Source: Pseudomonadota bacterium (GTDB lineage Bacteria; Pseudomonadota; Alphaproteobacteria; RF32; CAG-239). Taken from it: a stretch of DNA of 64,000 bases. The DNA is taken from contig JAHALQ010000005.1 of the NCBI GenBank assembly GCA_018362935.1, forward strand, positions 62,490 to 126,489, written 5' to 3'. The position numbers and the translations under genes are program-made. The notes beneath the pieces are model-generated. The model worked only from the letters and a program-made list of their open reading frames with translations, ran no database searches and was not told where the DNA came from. Positions 1 through 8,348 of the stretch are shown here, one piece after another; position 1 is the first letter of the stretch; each line of letters starts with the position of its first letter.

Positions 1-79
1 CGTTAAAATCCAAATAATGGTTTTTCAGCACATCTACAAAATACATGTTAAAACTTGCTTTAATGTTTTCAAAATTCAT
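1..79 (-). CDS. 5' end of an unidentified gene running off the window (N-terminal 26 aa MNFENIKASFNMYFVDVLKNHYLDFN)
   Basis: ATG at 79..77 preceded by GGAGAAAAAA RBS (forward 80-89); frame is open to position 1; not in the supplied ORF track because it is partial. Confidence 0.3.
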   Translation of the reverse strand, partial: MNFENIKASFNMYFVDVLKNHYLDFN

Positions 80-238
80 TTTTTTCTCCTATAAAATATA
101 CCGACTGTCCTAGTTTTAATCTCTCTTGACATAAAAAACAACGTAAAATTAAAATTATACGTGCTATTATTTAAGTACGGCACCAATCTGTATACAATTC
201 GATTGCCACAAGCAACAAACCGGTGTAAAAAAAACATT

Positions 239-1249
239 ATGTCAGAAAACTTGTCCACATTGTTGCTCGAATGGTATGCCGCCAACGGCCGTGACCTGCC
301 CTGGCGGGTTAAAGGCGGCGCGCACCCCAACCCGTACGTTATCCTTGTTTCCGAATTTATGCTGCAGCAAACCACCGTTAAAACGGTTATTCCTTATTTC
401 CATCGTTTTATGGAACGCTTTCCGACAGTCAGCAGCCTCGCCGAAGCGTCTGTCGAAGACGTTTACCAGTACTGGCAGGGCTTGGGATATTATTCGCGGG
501 CGCGTTCTTTGCACGCCGCAGCCCGCATGATTGCCGAAGACTGCGGCGGAATTTTTCCGCAAACCCGCGAGCAAGTGCTCAAGCTGAAAGGCGTCGGCCC
601 CTATACCGCATCCAGCCTGCTGGCACTTGGCTTTAATCTGCCCGAAACCGTCATTGACGGCAACGTTATCCGCGTCATCTGCCGCCTTTGTCATTTTACC
701 GAACCGGCAGCTGAAATTATGGAAAAGATAAAACAAAAAGCTGCGGCTCTGACTTCCCGCCGGCATCCCGCCGACTACGCCTCCGCCATAATGGATTTGG
801 GCGCAACCGTCTGCACCCCCAAGAAACCGCTGTGCCTTGTCTGCCCGTGGCAGAAACACTGCCTTTCCTGCGGCAAAGCCGATGTTGAAAATATCCCTCT
901 CCGCTCCAAAATCGCAAAGAAAGAAAAACAGGGAATAGTCTACCTTATTACCAATTCCCCGGGGCAGATATATATCCGTAAGCGTATCGAAAAAGGACTG
1001 TTGTCCGGACTATGGGAATTCCCCTGGTCAGAAGATGACAAACCTTTGCCCGGCGCTGAAGATACCGGCAGCTCAGTCACCCACGTGTTTACCCACATCA
1101 AACTCCGGCTTAAAATTTATAAGCTTGAAAAAGAATATTCCGGCGACGGTATCTTTATTGCGCCGGACGAGCTGGATAACTTCCCGCTCTCAACCTTAAT
1201 GAAAAAAATCTGGACGCAGATTTCCTGCCGGTCTAAGGACGCCAAGTGA
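239..1249 (+). CDS. mutY: A/G-specific adenine DNA glycosylase MutY
   Basis: HhH-GPD glycosylase core (LLLEWYAANGRDLPWR, PYxILVSEFMLQQT, GVGPYTA), C-terminal 4-Cys cluster (CTPKKPLCLVCPWQKHC) and NUDIX-like tail; the track ORF begins at GTG 161, the first ATG is at 239. Confidence 0.85.
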   Translation: MSENLSTLLLEWYAANGRDLPWRVKGGAHPNPYVILVSEFMLQQTTVKTVIPYFHRFMERFPTVSSLAEASVEDVYQYWQGLGYYSRARSLHAAARMIAEDCGGIFPQTREQVLKLKGVGPYTASSLLALGFNLPETVIDGNVIRVICRLCHFTEPAAEIMEKIKQKAAALTSRRHPADYASAIMDLGATVCTPKKPLCLVCPWQKHCLSCGKADVENIPLRSKIAKKEKQGIVYLITNSPGQIYIRKRIEKGLLSGLWEFPWSEDDKPLPGAEDTGSSVTHVFTHIKLRLKIYKLEKEYSGDGIFIAPDELDNFPLSTLMKKIWTQISCRSKDAK

Positions 1250-1820
1250 CGATTCCGTTTTGCGGATGAGTTTGGCGCCATTTTATAAACTCATCATAAG
1301 TCCGCACATTATCCCGCATGACCGCCATGTAATATTCGATTCCCGGTATCTTGACATCATCAGGCGTTTGCCATTTCAGACGCAGGATTGTTTCTTTCAG
1401 CTCCGGTGTTAACGCAGCGACAATACGCGCCGCCATATCCTCAAAATAACCGTCATAGGTTGAGCCTTTGACAATATGCATCATGTCAATCTGCCATAAT
1501 TGCCCGTCATAATCTTCATACCACGCATGCCATTCCAGACAGCTGTCTTCTTCGTCCAACAGATTGGCATATTCGATTCTTTTAATGCGCGGTTTATCCG
1601 CCAGCCGGGCTATTGCCCGAAAACTGTCGGCAAGTTTCAGCTCCGGCGTATAAATATGAAAATCAATGTCACGGTGCTTCATCAGCAGCCCCATTTTGAG
1701 AGAACCGATTAAATTGACTTCCGCGCCGATTTCCTCCCAACATTCGATGACCCCGCTTCCGGCAATCACCAGCCGGGCTTTTTCCTGATTTTCTTCGGCC
1801 AGCCGCAAAATGTCTTCCAT
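1233..1820 (-). CDS. hypothetical protein, nucleotidyltransferase-like (DUF4269-like)
   Basis: Internal Met MEDILRLAEE taken as start; motifs GSxxxG and HxDIDFHIY resemble a minimal nucleotidyltransferase fold; converges on mutY with a 17-nt overlap. Confidence 0.4.
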   Translation of the reverse strand: MEDILRLAEENQEKARLVIAGSGVIECWEEIGAEVNLIGSLKMGLLMKHRDIDFHIYTPELKLADSFRAIARLADKPRIKRIEYANLLDEEDSCLEWHAWYEDYDGQLWQIDMMHIVKGSTYDGYFEDMAARIVAALTPELKETILRLKWQTPDDVKIPGIEYYMAVMRDNVRTYDEFIKWRQTHPQNGIVTWRP

Positions 1821-1881
1821 AACTCTGCTCCGTAAAAAAACCGCAGCCGTTCGACTGCGGTTTTTGGATAAACAATCAGCC

Positions 1882-3342
1882 TTACCCGATTTTGGAATCT
1901 TTGGTAAGCTGTTCGCCGGTCTGGGCATAAGCGTCAACCGCGCGCGCCGCTTTCTTGGACAGGGCGATACAGCCCGGACCGGAAACACAGCCGCCTTCGC
2001 AGCACATAACTTCCAGCATATTGTTCTCACCGCCTTTGGCCGCATAGCGCTTAAGCAGTTTGATGTTCTCCTTGGTCAGGCCGTCAACCTTTTCGGGACG
2101 GATGTCAATGCTGTCGCCGACCAGACTCGCCACCGCTCCGGCCACGCCGCCGGTAACCGGAAACTGGCGTCCCTGGGCATGCGAAAGCTTACCGAACGGA
2201 ACTTCTTCGCATTCGTCAACATTAATACCGGAAGCAACCAGCATCGCGCCAAGTTCTTCGAAAGTCAGGACATAATCAACGTTCGGATCCCACTCCGCCT
2301 CGGCGCGTTTGGCCAGACACGGGCCGACAAACACGGCAACGCATTCGGGACATTCCTGTTTAACCAGCTCCGCCGTATAATACATCGGCGTTTTGGTGTC
2401 CGAAACAAACGGGCGGATTTCCGGAATATGCACCTGTGCCGCACGGAAATAGGCCGGACAGCAGGAAGTTGTCATAAAAGGCTGACCATGCTCCATTCTC
2501 TCGACAAACTCGGCGGCTTCTTTCTGCGTGGTAATATCGGCGCCGACGGCAACTTCAATCACATCGGCAAAACCGAATTTTTTCAAAGCGCCGGCCAGAT
2601 TATTGAGCGAACCGGGAAATTGCCCGGCAATCGCCGGCGCCAGCATGGCCACGACTTTTTTGCCGGTTTCTTTAATCTCGCGCATAACGTCAATCATTTG
2701 CGAACGCTCGACAATGGCGCCGAACGGGCACGATGCCAGACATTTGCCGCAGGAAATACATTTTTCGGTATCAATATGTTCTTTGCCGAATTCGTCCTTG
2801 GTTATCGCGCCGACCGGACAGGCCTCTTCGCACGGAACCGGAATTTTAACGACGGAATGATACGGGCAGACCTCAAAACACTTGCCGCAGTTGACGCATT
2901 TGTCCGGATCAATATGGGCGCGCCCTTTGACAATCGAGATGGCTTCTTTCGGGCAGTTCAGGCGGCAGGGCTGCGCAAAACAGCCGCGGCAGACATCGGT
3001 AATCACATACTGCGATTTCACACAGGCCGAACAGGCAATATCAATGACCGACAGTTTGTTTTTCGGCGCCTCTTTGCGTTCAAGCGCCTGTTCGCCGTAT
3101 TCTTTGAGACTGGTCAGCTCGTCCTGCTCTTCTTCCGGACAATGCCCCAGACCGGCCATACAGCGGTACTTGAGCACCGCGCGGTCTTTATAAATACAGC
3201 AGCGGCTGGGCTGCATTTCTTTGGGGCGCAGTTCCAGCGGGATTCTGTCCGCATTGGCAAATTTATCATGCAAATAGCTTTCGGCCAGTTTAATCAAAAT
3301 TTTGGTACGCATTAAGTTCGCGTTATTCTTAGGTATCAGCAT
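1882..3342 (-). CDS. hydA: [FeFe] hydrogenase, catalytic-type H-cluster domain with two N-terminal 4Fe-4S ferredoxin motifs
   Basis: Ferredoxin motifs CVNCGKCFEVCP and CISCGKCLASCP; H-cluster motifs L1 FMTTSCCPAYF (proton-relay Cys retained), L2 VGPCLAKRAE, L3 EVMCCEGGCVSGPGC; last gene of the Fd-hydS-PP2C-Fd-hydA operon. Confidence 0.85.
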   Translation of the reverse strand: MLIPKNNANLMRTKILIKLAESYLHDKFANADRIPLELRPKEMQPSRCCIYKDRAVLKYRCMAGLGHCPEEEQDELTSLKEYGEQALERKEAPKNKLSVIDIACSACVKSQYVITDVCRGCFAQPCRLNCPKEAISIVKGRAHIDPDKCVNCGKCFEVCPYHSVVKIPVPCEEACPVGAITKDEFGKEHIDTEKCISCGKCLASCPFGAIVERSQMIDVMREIKETGKKVVAMLAPAIAGQFPGSLNNLAGALKKFGFADVIEVAVGADITTQKEAAEFVERMEHGQPFMTTSCCPAYFRAAQVHIPEIRPFVSDTKTPMYYTAELVKQECPECVAVFVGPCLAKRAEAEWDPNVDYVLTFEELGAMLVASGINVDECEEVPFGKLSHAQGRQFPVTGGVAGAVASLVGDSIDIRPEKVDGLTKENIKLLKRYAAKGGENNMLEVMCCEGGCVSGPGCIALSKKAARAVDAYAQTGEQLTKDSKIG

Positions 3343-3371
3343 TTATTTCAAACTCTTCAGTATCTATATCA

Positions 3372-3641
3372 TTAACAGCTTTTTTTAATTTCTTCGCGGA
3401 TTTTATTGACGACCTTTTCATAGGTGGCTTCTTCAACCAGTTCGTCATTGACAAAAACAAACGGACCGTTGTTATATTTTGTTTTAACGTCCTTGCATAA
3501 ATTCATGCACCGCTCTTCAATAATTTCGATATGATCTGCAATATCAGCCGGCGCATTAAATTCCAATGACTGGATTTGGGCGGCTCCCATAACAAAACAG
3601 GAAGTGCCGACGCAGATTCTAACTCTAACTTTGTTTGCCAT
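3372..3641 (-). CDS. thioredoxin-like [2Fe-2S] ferredoxin (NuoE/HydC-fold small protein)
   Basis: 89 aa with C-x4-C (CVGTSC) and C-x3-C (CMNLC) separated by about 40 aa; RBS AAAGGA 9 nt upstream. Confidence 0.65.
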   Translation of the reverse strand: MANKVRVRICVGTSCFVMGAAQIQSLEFNAPADIADHIEIIEERCMNLCKDVKTKYNNGPFVFVNDELVEEATYEKVVNKIREEIKKSC

Positions 3642-3658
3642 CTCTCAAAAGTCCTTTT

Positions 3659-4834
3659 CTATATGTATTTGACACTAATTTCTTTCAGGTATTTGTCCTG
3701 CAAAATCCTGAATATCTTTTTCACAATATTGCGTCGGATTTCAAGCTCCATCGGCAAATTGGGATCCTGGTGGGCGATGTTGATTTTGGTACCGACCACA
3801 AAATCAATCTTGTCGCTGTCCAACAGCAGTTTGGCCAGCCGGGTCGCCCCGTTGTTTTTATCGGCATCAATGCCTTCTTTTAGCATACGGTACACATCAG
3901 TCAAGGTTAAAATTCCTTCCGTGACCAAATCAATGCCTTCCATTGTTGAACACATCGGGATTTTTTCGTCAAAAGACGTCTTGTCAATCTCGCATTTCAG
4001 ACAAAGTTCACGCTCGATAATATTGGCCGTTGTGCCGCCGCAGATTGCCGTCTTGCCGTCATAAGCAGAAACCAATTCGGCAAATTCGGCGTCGCGTTTT
4101 TCGTCAAACGGAGGGCCGGTCAAAACCAGCAGCTTGCGCGGCTTACGGAAATACAGCACGGTGCAGCTGATATCGTCGCCGGCTTTCTTGTCAACTTCTT
4201 TGCTTAAGGCTTCCTGCACAATCGCATGCGCCAAATCGCTGGCAGAAATTGTCGGGTTCCTGCGGATTTTCTCCAGCACGAAGTCCAGACAACCCTGCCG
4301 CTGCCAGCCCAGCGGATAAAGCCGGTTGCCCAGCCCGGCCTGCGTCACCCCGTCCGACATCAGAATAATCCGGTCTTCTTCCTGATTCGTCAGCTGCGAT
4401 ATATTAATTGTCCGGTCTTTCCACTTTTCGGAATATATCTCGCGGTAACGTACATTGACGGCCTTGTCGTCGCGGATAAACATAAAAGGCGGGTTGTCCA
4501 TCTCGAATATGCGCGTTTTGCCGTCGAGCTGTGTATCCACAACCGAAAAAGTCGCATAGCTGATTTTACGAATCTGACAGACCGGCAGCGCGTCCATCAT
4601 AACTTCCGACGAATGCATCAGTTCCATATTGCTTTCGACAAACTTCATTGCCATCCGCGTTGTCATCGATGACAGGATATTGGCTTTGACGCCGCTGCCC
4701 AGCCCATCGGACAGTATGGAAATAATCCGGCGCTCTTCGGGGATCTTTTTGGAATACACCGTGTCGCCGAAACAATCTTCGCCGTGTTTCTGCTGCTGCG
4801 CCGAACCGATTTCGATAAATAAAGAGTCGCTCAT
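3659..4834 (-). CDS. PP2C-family (SpoIIE/RsbU-like) serine phosphatase with a ~175-aa C-terminal domain of unknown function
   Basis: N-terminal PP2C motifs (GEDCFGD ... ILMSDGV ... GDDISCTVLYF); the C-terminal part (CGGTTANIIERELCLKCE...MCSTMEGIDLV) matches no domain I recognise; 3 nt downstream of hydS. Confidence 0.7.
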   Translation of the reverse strand: MSDSLFIEIGSAQQQKHGEDCFGDTVYSKKIPEERRIISILSDGLGSGVKANILSSMTTRMAMKFVESNMELMHSSEVMMDALPVCQIRKISYATFSVVDTQLDGKTRIFEMDNPPFMFIRDDKAVNVRYREIYSEKWKDRTINISQLTNQEEDRIILMSDGVTQAGLGNRLYPLGWQRQGCLDFVLEKIRRNPTISASDLAHAIVQEALSKEVDKKAGDDISCTVLYFRKPRKLLVLTGPPFDEKRDAEFAELVSAYDGKTAICGGTTANIIERELCLKCEIDKTSFDEKIPMCSTMEGIDLVTEGILTLTDVYRMLKEGIDADKNNGATRLAKLLLDSDKIDFVVGTKINIAHQDPNLPMELEIRRNIVKKIFRILQDKYLKEISVKYI

Positions 4835-4837
4835 CGG

Positions 4838-6619
4838 CTAAAACTTCCTCTCGGTCGAATTGGTACGGATTTTAACCCCCTCGTTCTCGCGATCGTTCAC
4901 GGCATAGTCTTTGGCGATAGAACGCAAAAGCACTTCCGTTTCAGCCATGTGCTCGCCCAGAGTGCATGCAATCTGCTGAACAGTCGCCAGATTCTTATGG
5001 ATAACTTCCTTTGCCCTTTCGGCAATCTGCTCTTTGTGCATCTCGGCGTTGGTCACATCTTCGATAATGCCGCCGACGCTTTGTTTCTTATCGATATTAA
5101 AGACCACCACGTCAAACATCTTGTCTTCGTGGCGGACATGCTCTTTGTGAATATCCTGTTCCAAATCCAGCGACGCCGTAAACAGATTGGTAAAGCTGAC
5201 AAAATCGCGCAGATTGGCACCGTACAGATTGTTGTAGTCATAAATTTCGGCATGTTCTTCCTCGTTCCAGAACGTATCGCGGAACTGGTCGTTGTATTCC
5301 ATGATATTGAGCTTGGCATCGGCAATTACAATCGGCGACGGAATGCAGCGGATAAGCGCGTTGGCTTTGCGCTGCGCCTGATGTTTCATGTGCGAAACGC
5401 ACATTTCGGGCTCGGCCTTTCCTTCCAGCAACGCGCAGGCAAAATTGCGGCAGGTGTTATAACCGCAGCCGCCGCAGTTCAACTCGTCCTCAATGCTGTA
5501 TTTGCCGATTCTCGTCAGTACTTTGCGAATGTCGCTTTCCTCAAATTTGCGGTCCAAGCCGTTAATATCCTGCGACTTATAACTTTCGGCTATATTGTAC
5601 TGCGGTTTGCGTGAAGCGGCTTCGTCAAACGACGCGTTTTTGAGGATTTCCATTCTCTTTTGCAGGCCGGAAGCCTTGTTGCTGGTACAGGGGCCGGACA
5701 CGCAGCCGCCGTAACAGGCCAGGCATTCCAGAAAAGTCGGCCGGTTCAGGTTGTCGATGTCAATATGCGTCAGCTCGTCCTGCAAACTGTATATGCCGGT
5801 AATCTGCGCCATATAAACGTCTTTTGACAGATTATGCGGTTTGATGGTTTCAATCATACCGCCCTCAATCGGATAAGCGCTGCCTTCTTTAGCATTATCC
5901 AGGGCAAAAACGTCAAAGACGCCGGGCACCAATTCTTCCGGATTAATGTTTTCATCTTTCAGCCACTGGCGCAAATCCTCAAAACTCAGAGCCAAAGACA
6001 ACAGCTCCGGATGCCTGTCGGCTTCAAACTTTTTGGCAATGCACGGGCCGATAAAAACGGTTTCAACATTCTGTCCGAACTTTTCTTTAAGCATCCGGCA
6101 GTGAGCCAGCAGCGGCGAAGCCACCTGCGCCAGATACGGCGTCAGTTCCGGCAGATATTTCTCAACATATTCAACCACCGCCGGGCAGGCTGTGGAAATC
6201 ATCAGCCGGTTTTCGTTTCTGGCAACGGCATCTTTGAGCTGGCGGACGGTTTCGGCAGTCACTTCCTGCGCGCCGAGCGCCGTTTCGCTCACGCCTTTAA
6301 TCCCCAGCCGGCGTATTGCCGCTACAATCTGCTCCTTGGTATATTCGGGAAATTCCGTCACCCATGACGGCGCCAGCGACACATAAATCTCGCGATTGGA
6401 AGAAACCAGATATTTGGCGCGCGCCAAATCATTGCGCGGCTGCTTGGCGCTGGCCGGGCAGACTTCGTAGCAAATGCCGCAGGCGATGCACAGCTCCGGC
6501 ACAATCATCGCCGAATTGTCCTCAATCTTAATTGCCTTGACCGGGCAGCGGCGGACGCATTTATAGCAGTCCTGGCAATCGTTCTTAACGGTATGCAGCG
6601 GGAAGTCGCGATTAGACAT
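4838..6619 (-). CDS. hydS: putative sensory [FeFe] hydrogenase HydS (H-cluster domain + Cx2Cx4Cx16C + PAS)
   Basis: N-terminal 2x4Fe-4S motif (CYKCVRRCP, CIACGICYEVCP); L1 ISTACPAVV with Ala in place of the proton-relay Cys; L2 GPCIAKKFE; L3 ECLACYGGCVSGPC; then CGGCGYNTC-x16-C and a PAS-like domain; start overlaps the upstream ferredoxin stop (TAATG). Confidence 0.85.
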   Translation of the reverse strand: MSNRDFPLHTVKNDCQDCYKCVRRCPVKAIKIEDNSAMIVPELCIACGICYEVCPASAKQPRNDLARAKYLVSSNREIYVSLAPSWVTEFPEYTKEQIVAAIRRLGIKGVSETALGAQEVTAETVRQLKDAVARNENRLMISTACPAVVEYVEKYLPELTPYLAQVASPLLAHCRMLKEKFGQNVETVFIGPCIAKKFEADRHPELLSLALSFEDLRQWLKDENINPEELVPGVFDVFALDNAKEGSAYPIEGGMIETIKPHNLSKDVYMAQITGIYSLQDELTHIDIDNLNRPTFLECLACYGGCVSGPCTSNKASGLQKRMEILKNASFDEAASRKPQYNIAESYKSQDINGLDRKFEESDIRKVLTRIGKYSIEDELNCGGCGYNTCRNFACALLEGKAEPEMCVSHMKHQAQRKANALIRCIPSPIVIADAKLNIMEYNDQFRDTFWNEEEHAEIYDYNNLYGANLRDFVSFTNLFTASLDLEQDIHKEHVRHEDKMFDVVVFNIDKKQSVGGIIEDVTNAEMHKEQIAERAKEVIHKNLATVQQIACTLGEHMAETEVLLRSIAKDYAVNDRENEGVKIRTNSTERKF

Positions 6620-6888
6620 TACTTATCTCCGGAGTTCGAATTTTGGTTATTCTGATAGTGTTTTTCCAAAATATCGTACAGCATGCCGCTTTCGATATTA
6701 TTATACTCCACGCCGTCAATCGTAATATTCGGCCCTTTGGAGCATTGGTCACAGCAGCGCAGCCCGGTCAGTTCGACCTCGGCTGACAGGTTATGGCTTT
6801 CAAGAAAATTTTGGATTACCTGAAGATTTTTCGAATTTCCGCGTGCAAAACAGGAACTGCCCATACAAACTTTGATTGTCGAAGCCAT
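6619..6888 (-). CDS. thioredoxin-like [2Fe-2S] ferredoxin
   Basis: C-x4-C (CMGSSC) and CC-x2-C (CCDQC); start set at MASTIKV because GGAGG lies 6 nt upstream, and the track ORF start at 6912 falls inside the RBS; 89 aa, same length as the paralog at 3372-3641. Confidence 0.65.
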   Translation of the reverse strand: MASTIKVCMGSSCFARGNSKNLQVIQNFLESHNLSAEVELTGLRCCDQCSKGPNITIDGVEYNNIESGMLYDILEKHYQNNQNSNSGDK

Positions 6889-6920
6889 TTTTTCCTCCGG
6901 CTGATAAAACACTTGTAAAA

Positions 6921-6949
6921 ATTATATAATTAAGCTCCTCAAAACGCAA
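6921..6949 (-). promoter_or_regulatory. sigma70-like promoter for the hyd operon (TTGCGT-17-TATAAT on the minus strand)
   Basis: Reverse complement of 6921-6949 reads TTGCGT tttgaggagcttaatta TATAAT, about 30 nt upstream of the RBS and start at 6888. Confidence 0.35.
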
Positions 6950-7001
6950 CAGAAATAGTTAACGTCCGAAACATATTTTTACTTAGGAAAACATTGGTAA
7001 T

Positions 7002-7034
7002 TTGCTTGATATAAGCATAAAGCAAGATTATGAT
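7002..7034 (+). promoter_or_regulatory. candidate promoter (TTGATA-17-TATGAT) for the first GGDEF-EAL gene, overlapping inverted repeat TTGCTT-N12-AAGCAA
   Basis: -35 at 7006-7011, -10 at 7029-7034; inverted-repeat arms at 7002-7007 and 7020-7025, a possible operator in the divergent intergenic region. Confidence 0.3.
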
Positions 7035-7066
7035 AAAAAGCAAAATGTCAATCGCTGAGAAACAAA

Positions 7067-8347
7067 ATGGCACAAGCAAACAGATTTGTAGCTGAAAAAA
7101 ATTTACTGGACACGTTGGATCGCATTGCCCGCAATCAGGCGGCATATTCGGTTTTGTATGTCAGTTTGTCCAAACTCAAGCCCAAAAACCGCCATCCCGC
7201 CTTTATCAAAATCATTGCCAAACTGTTTGATGATCTGGTCGGTGCCGCCGAAGGTTCAATGTTTATCCTCAACAACGGCGATTTTGCCATTCTCGGCAAA
7301 AACATTACTGCTGAAATTGTCGCCGATGCGGTCGACAAACTGCGCAAAGGCCTTGCGTCAGACCCGATTTTGTTCAACAGCAACATCTCAGAATTTGCGC
7401 ACCTGTATAACTTTCCCGAAGATTTCTCAACTTTGTACGAGTATATCAGACTGCAGATTGACAATGCCAGGCAGCCCGATTTTTCAAACCTTAAATATCC
7501 TGTCGAAGCTTCGCAGATGGACGGCGTGCTGGCGCACCTGGACGCCATTAACGTTGCCGAAATCATCAAGCATCAGAGCGTCATCCGCGTTGAAAAAGCC
7601 AATCAGTTCAAAGTACTGTTTCAGGAATTCTTTGTCGCTGTCAAAGACCTTAGCACCCTGTATGACAAAAACATCGACCTGACCGCCAACAAATGGCTTT
7701 TTCTTTATCTGACGCAGGCGCTTGATAAAAAAACAATTGCTTCGTTTCAGGCTGCCGAAATAAAAAACTGGCCGGCGTGCATAAGCCTTAACCTCCATTT
7801 ATCATCCGTATTCACGACCGAATTCGACAATCTGGCCGGCAGCCTTTTCGCCCCGCAGCAGCAGATTATTGCCGAAGTCCAGATGATGGACGTATTCAAC
7901 CGGCTCGAAAGTTACTTTGAAGCCAGAGAAAAACTGCATGCGCAGGGAAACCGGATTCTTATAGACGGGCTGATTCCCGAAACTTTATCCCTGATAGACA
8001 TAAACCGCCTGCAGCCTGACTTGATTAAACTGTTCTGGAATCCGATGATGGAATATGACACGAACAATCAGGAGCTGCGTGACATCATCAGCCAATTCGG
8101 CAGCGATCGGATTATTCTGGCCAAATGCACCGACGACAAAGCGCTGCGCTGGGGAATTTCATACGGTATTCGCGCTTTTCAGGGGCCGTATGCCGATAAT
8201 CTGGAAACTGCCGTTATCCGCTCGCAATGCCCGGCCGCAGCCGCATGCACAGCGGCTGACTGCCTCAGGCGCCGCCGCCTGATTACCGGCGCCGCGCGCA
8301 GCCAGTGCAAACATATCGAACACCTGGAAAAACTGCTGGGACAATAA
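7067..8347 (+). CDS. degenerate GGDEF-EAL protein (both domains apparently catalytically inactive)
   Basis: N-terminal GGDEF-like fold with GGDEF replaced by NNGDF and the DxDxFK region by SLSKLK; C-terminal EAL-like fold with DDFGTG replaced by IDGLIP, KLFW in place of KID, AKCTDD in place of AEGVE, and a FQGPY tail. Confidence 0.55.
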   Translation: MAQANRFVAEKNLLDTLDRIARNQAAYSVLYVSLSKLKPKNRHPAFIKIIAKLFDDLVGAAEGSMFILNNGDFAILGKNITAEIVADAVDKLRKGLASDPILFNSNISEFAHLYNFPEDFSTLYEYIRLQIDNARQPDFSNLKYPVEASQMDGVLAHLDAINVAEIIKHQSVIRVEKANQFKVLFQEFFVAVKDLSTLYDKNIDLTANKWLFLYLTQALDKKTIASFQAAEIKNWPACISLNLHLSSVFTTEFDNLAGSLFAPQQQIIAEVQMMDVFNRLESYFEAREKLHAQGNRILIDGLIPETLSLIDINRLQPDLIKLFWNPMMEYDTNNQELRDIISQFGSDRIILAKCTDDKALRWGISYGIRAFQGPYADNLETAVIRSQCPAAAACTAADCLRRRRLITGAARSQCKHIEHLEKLLGQ

Positions 8348-8348
8348 C

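Noticed and set aside
76-375. 99-aa minus-strand ORF overlapping the mutY 5' region
   Set aside because: Overlaps mutY in antisense. A different short partial ORF (1-79, minus) with a good RBS explains the upstream region better.
1810-3315. 501-aa plus-strand ORF antisense to hydA. Similar long antisense ORFs: 4949-5614, 12305-13240, 31843-32685, 34008-34877, 44480-46351, 58589-60286, 62052-63224 and 63432-63920.
   Set aside because: They sit opposite strongly supported genes, have low-complexity R/A/G-rich translations and no RBS. This is typical antisense-frame openness in a ~50% GC genome.
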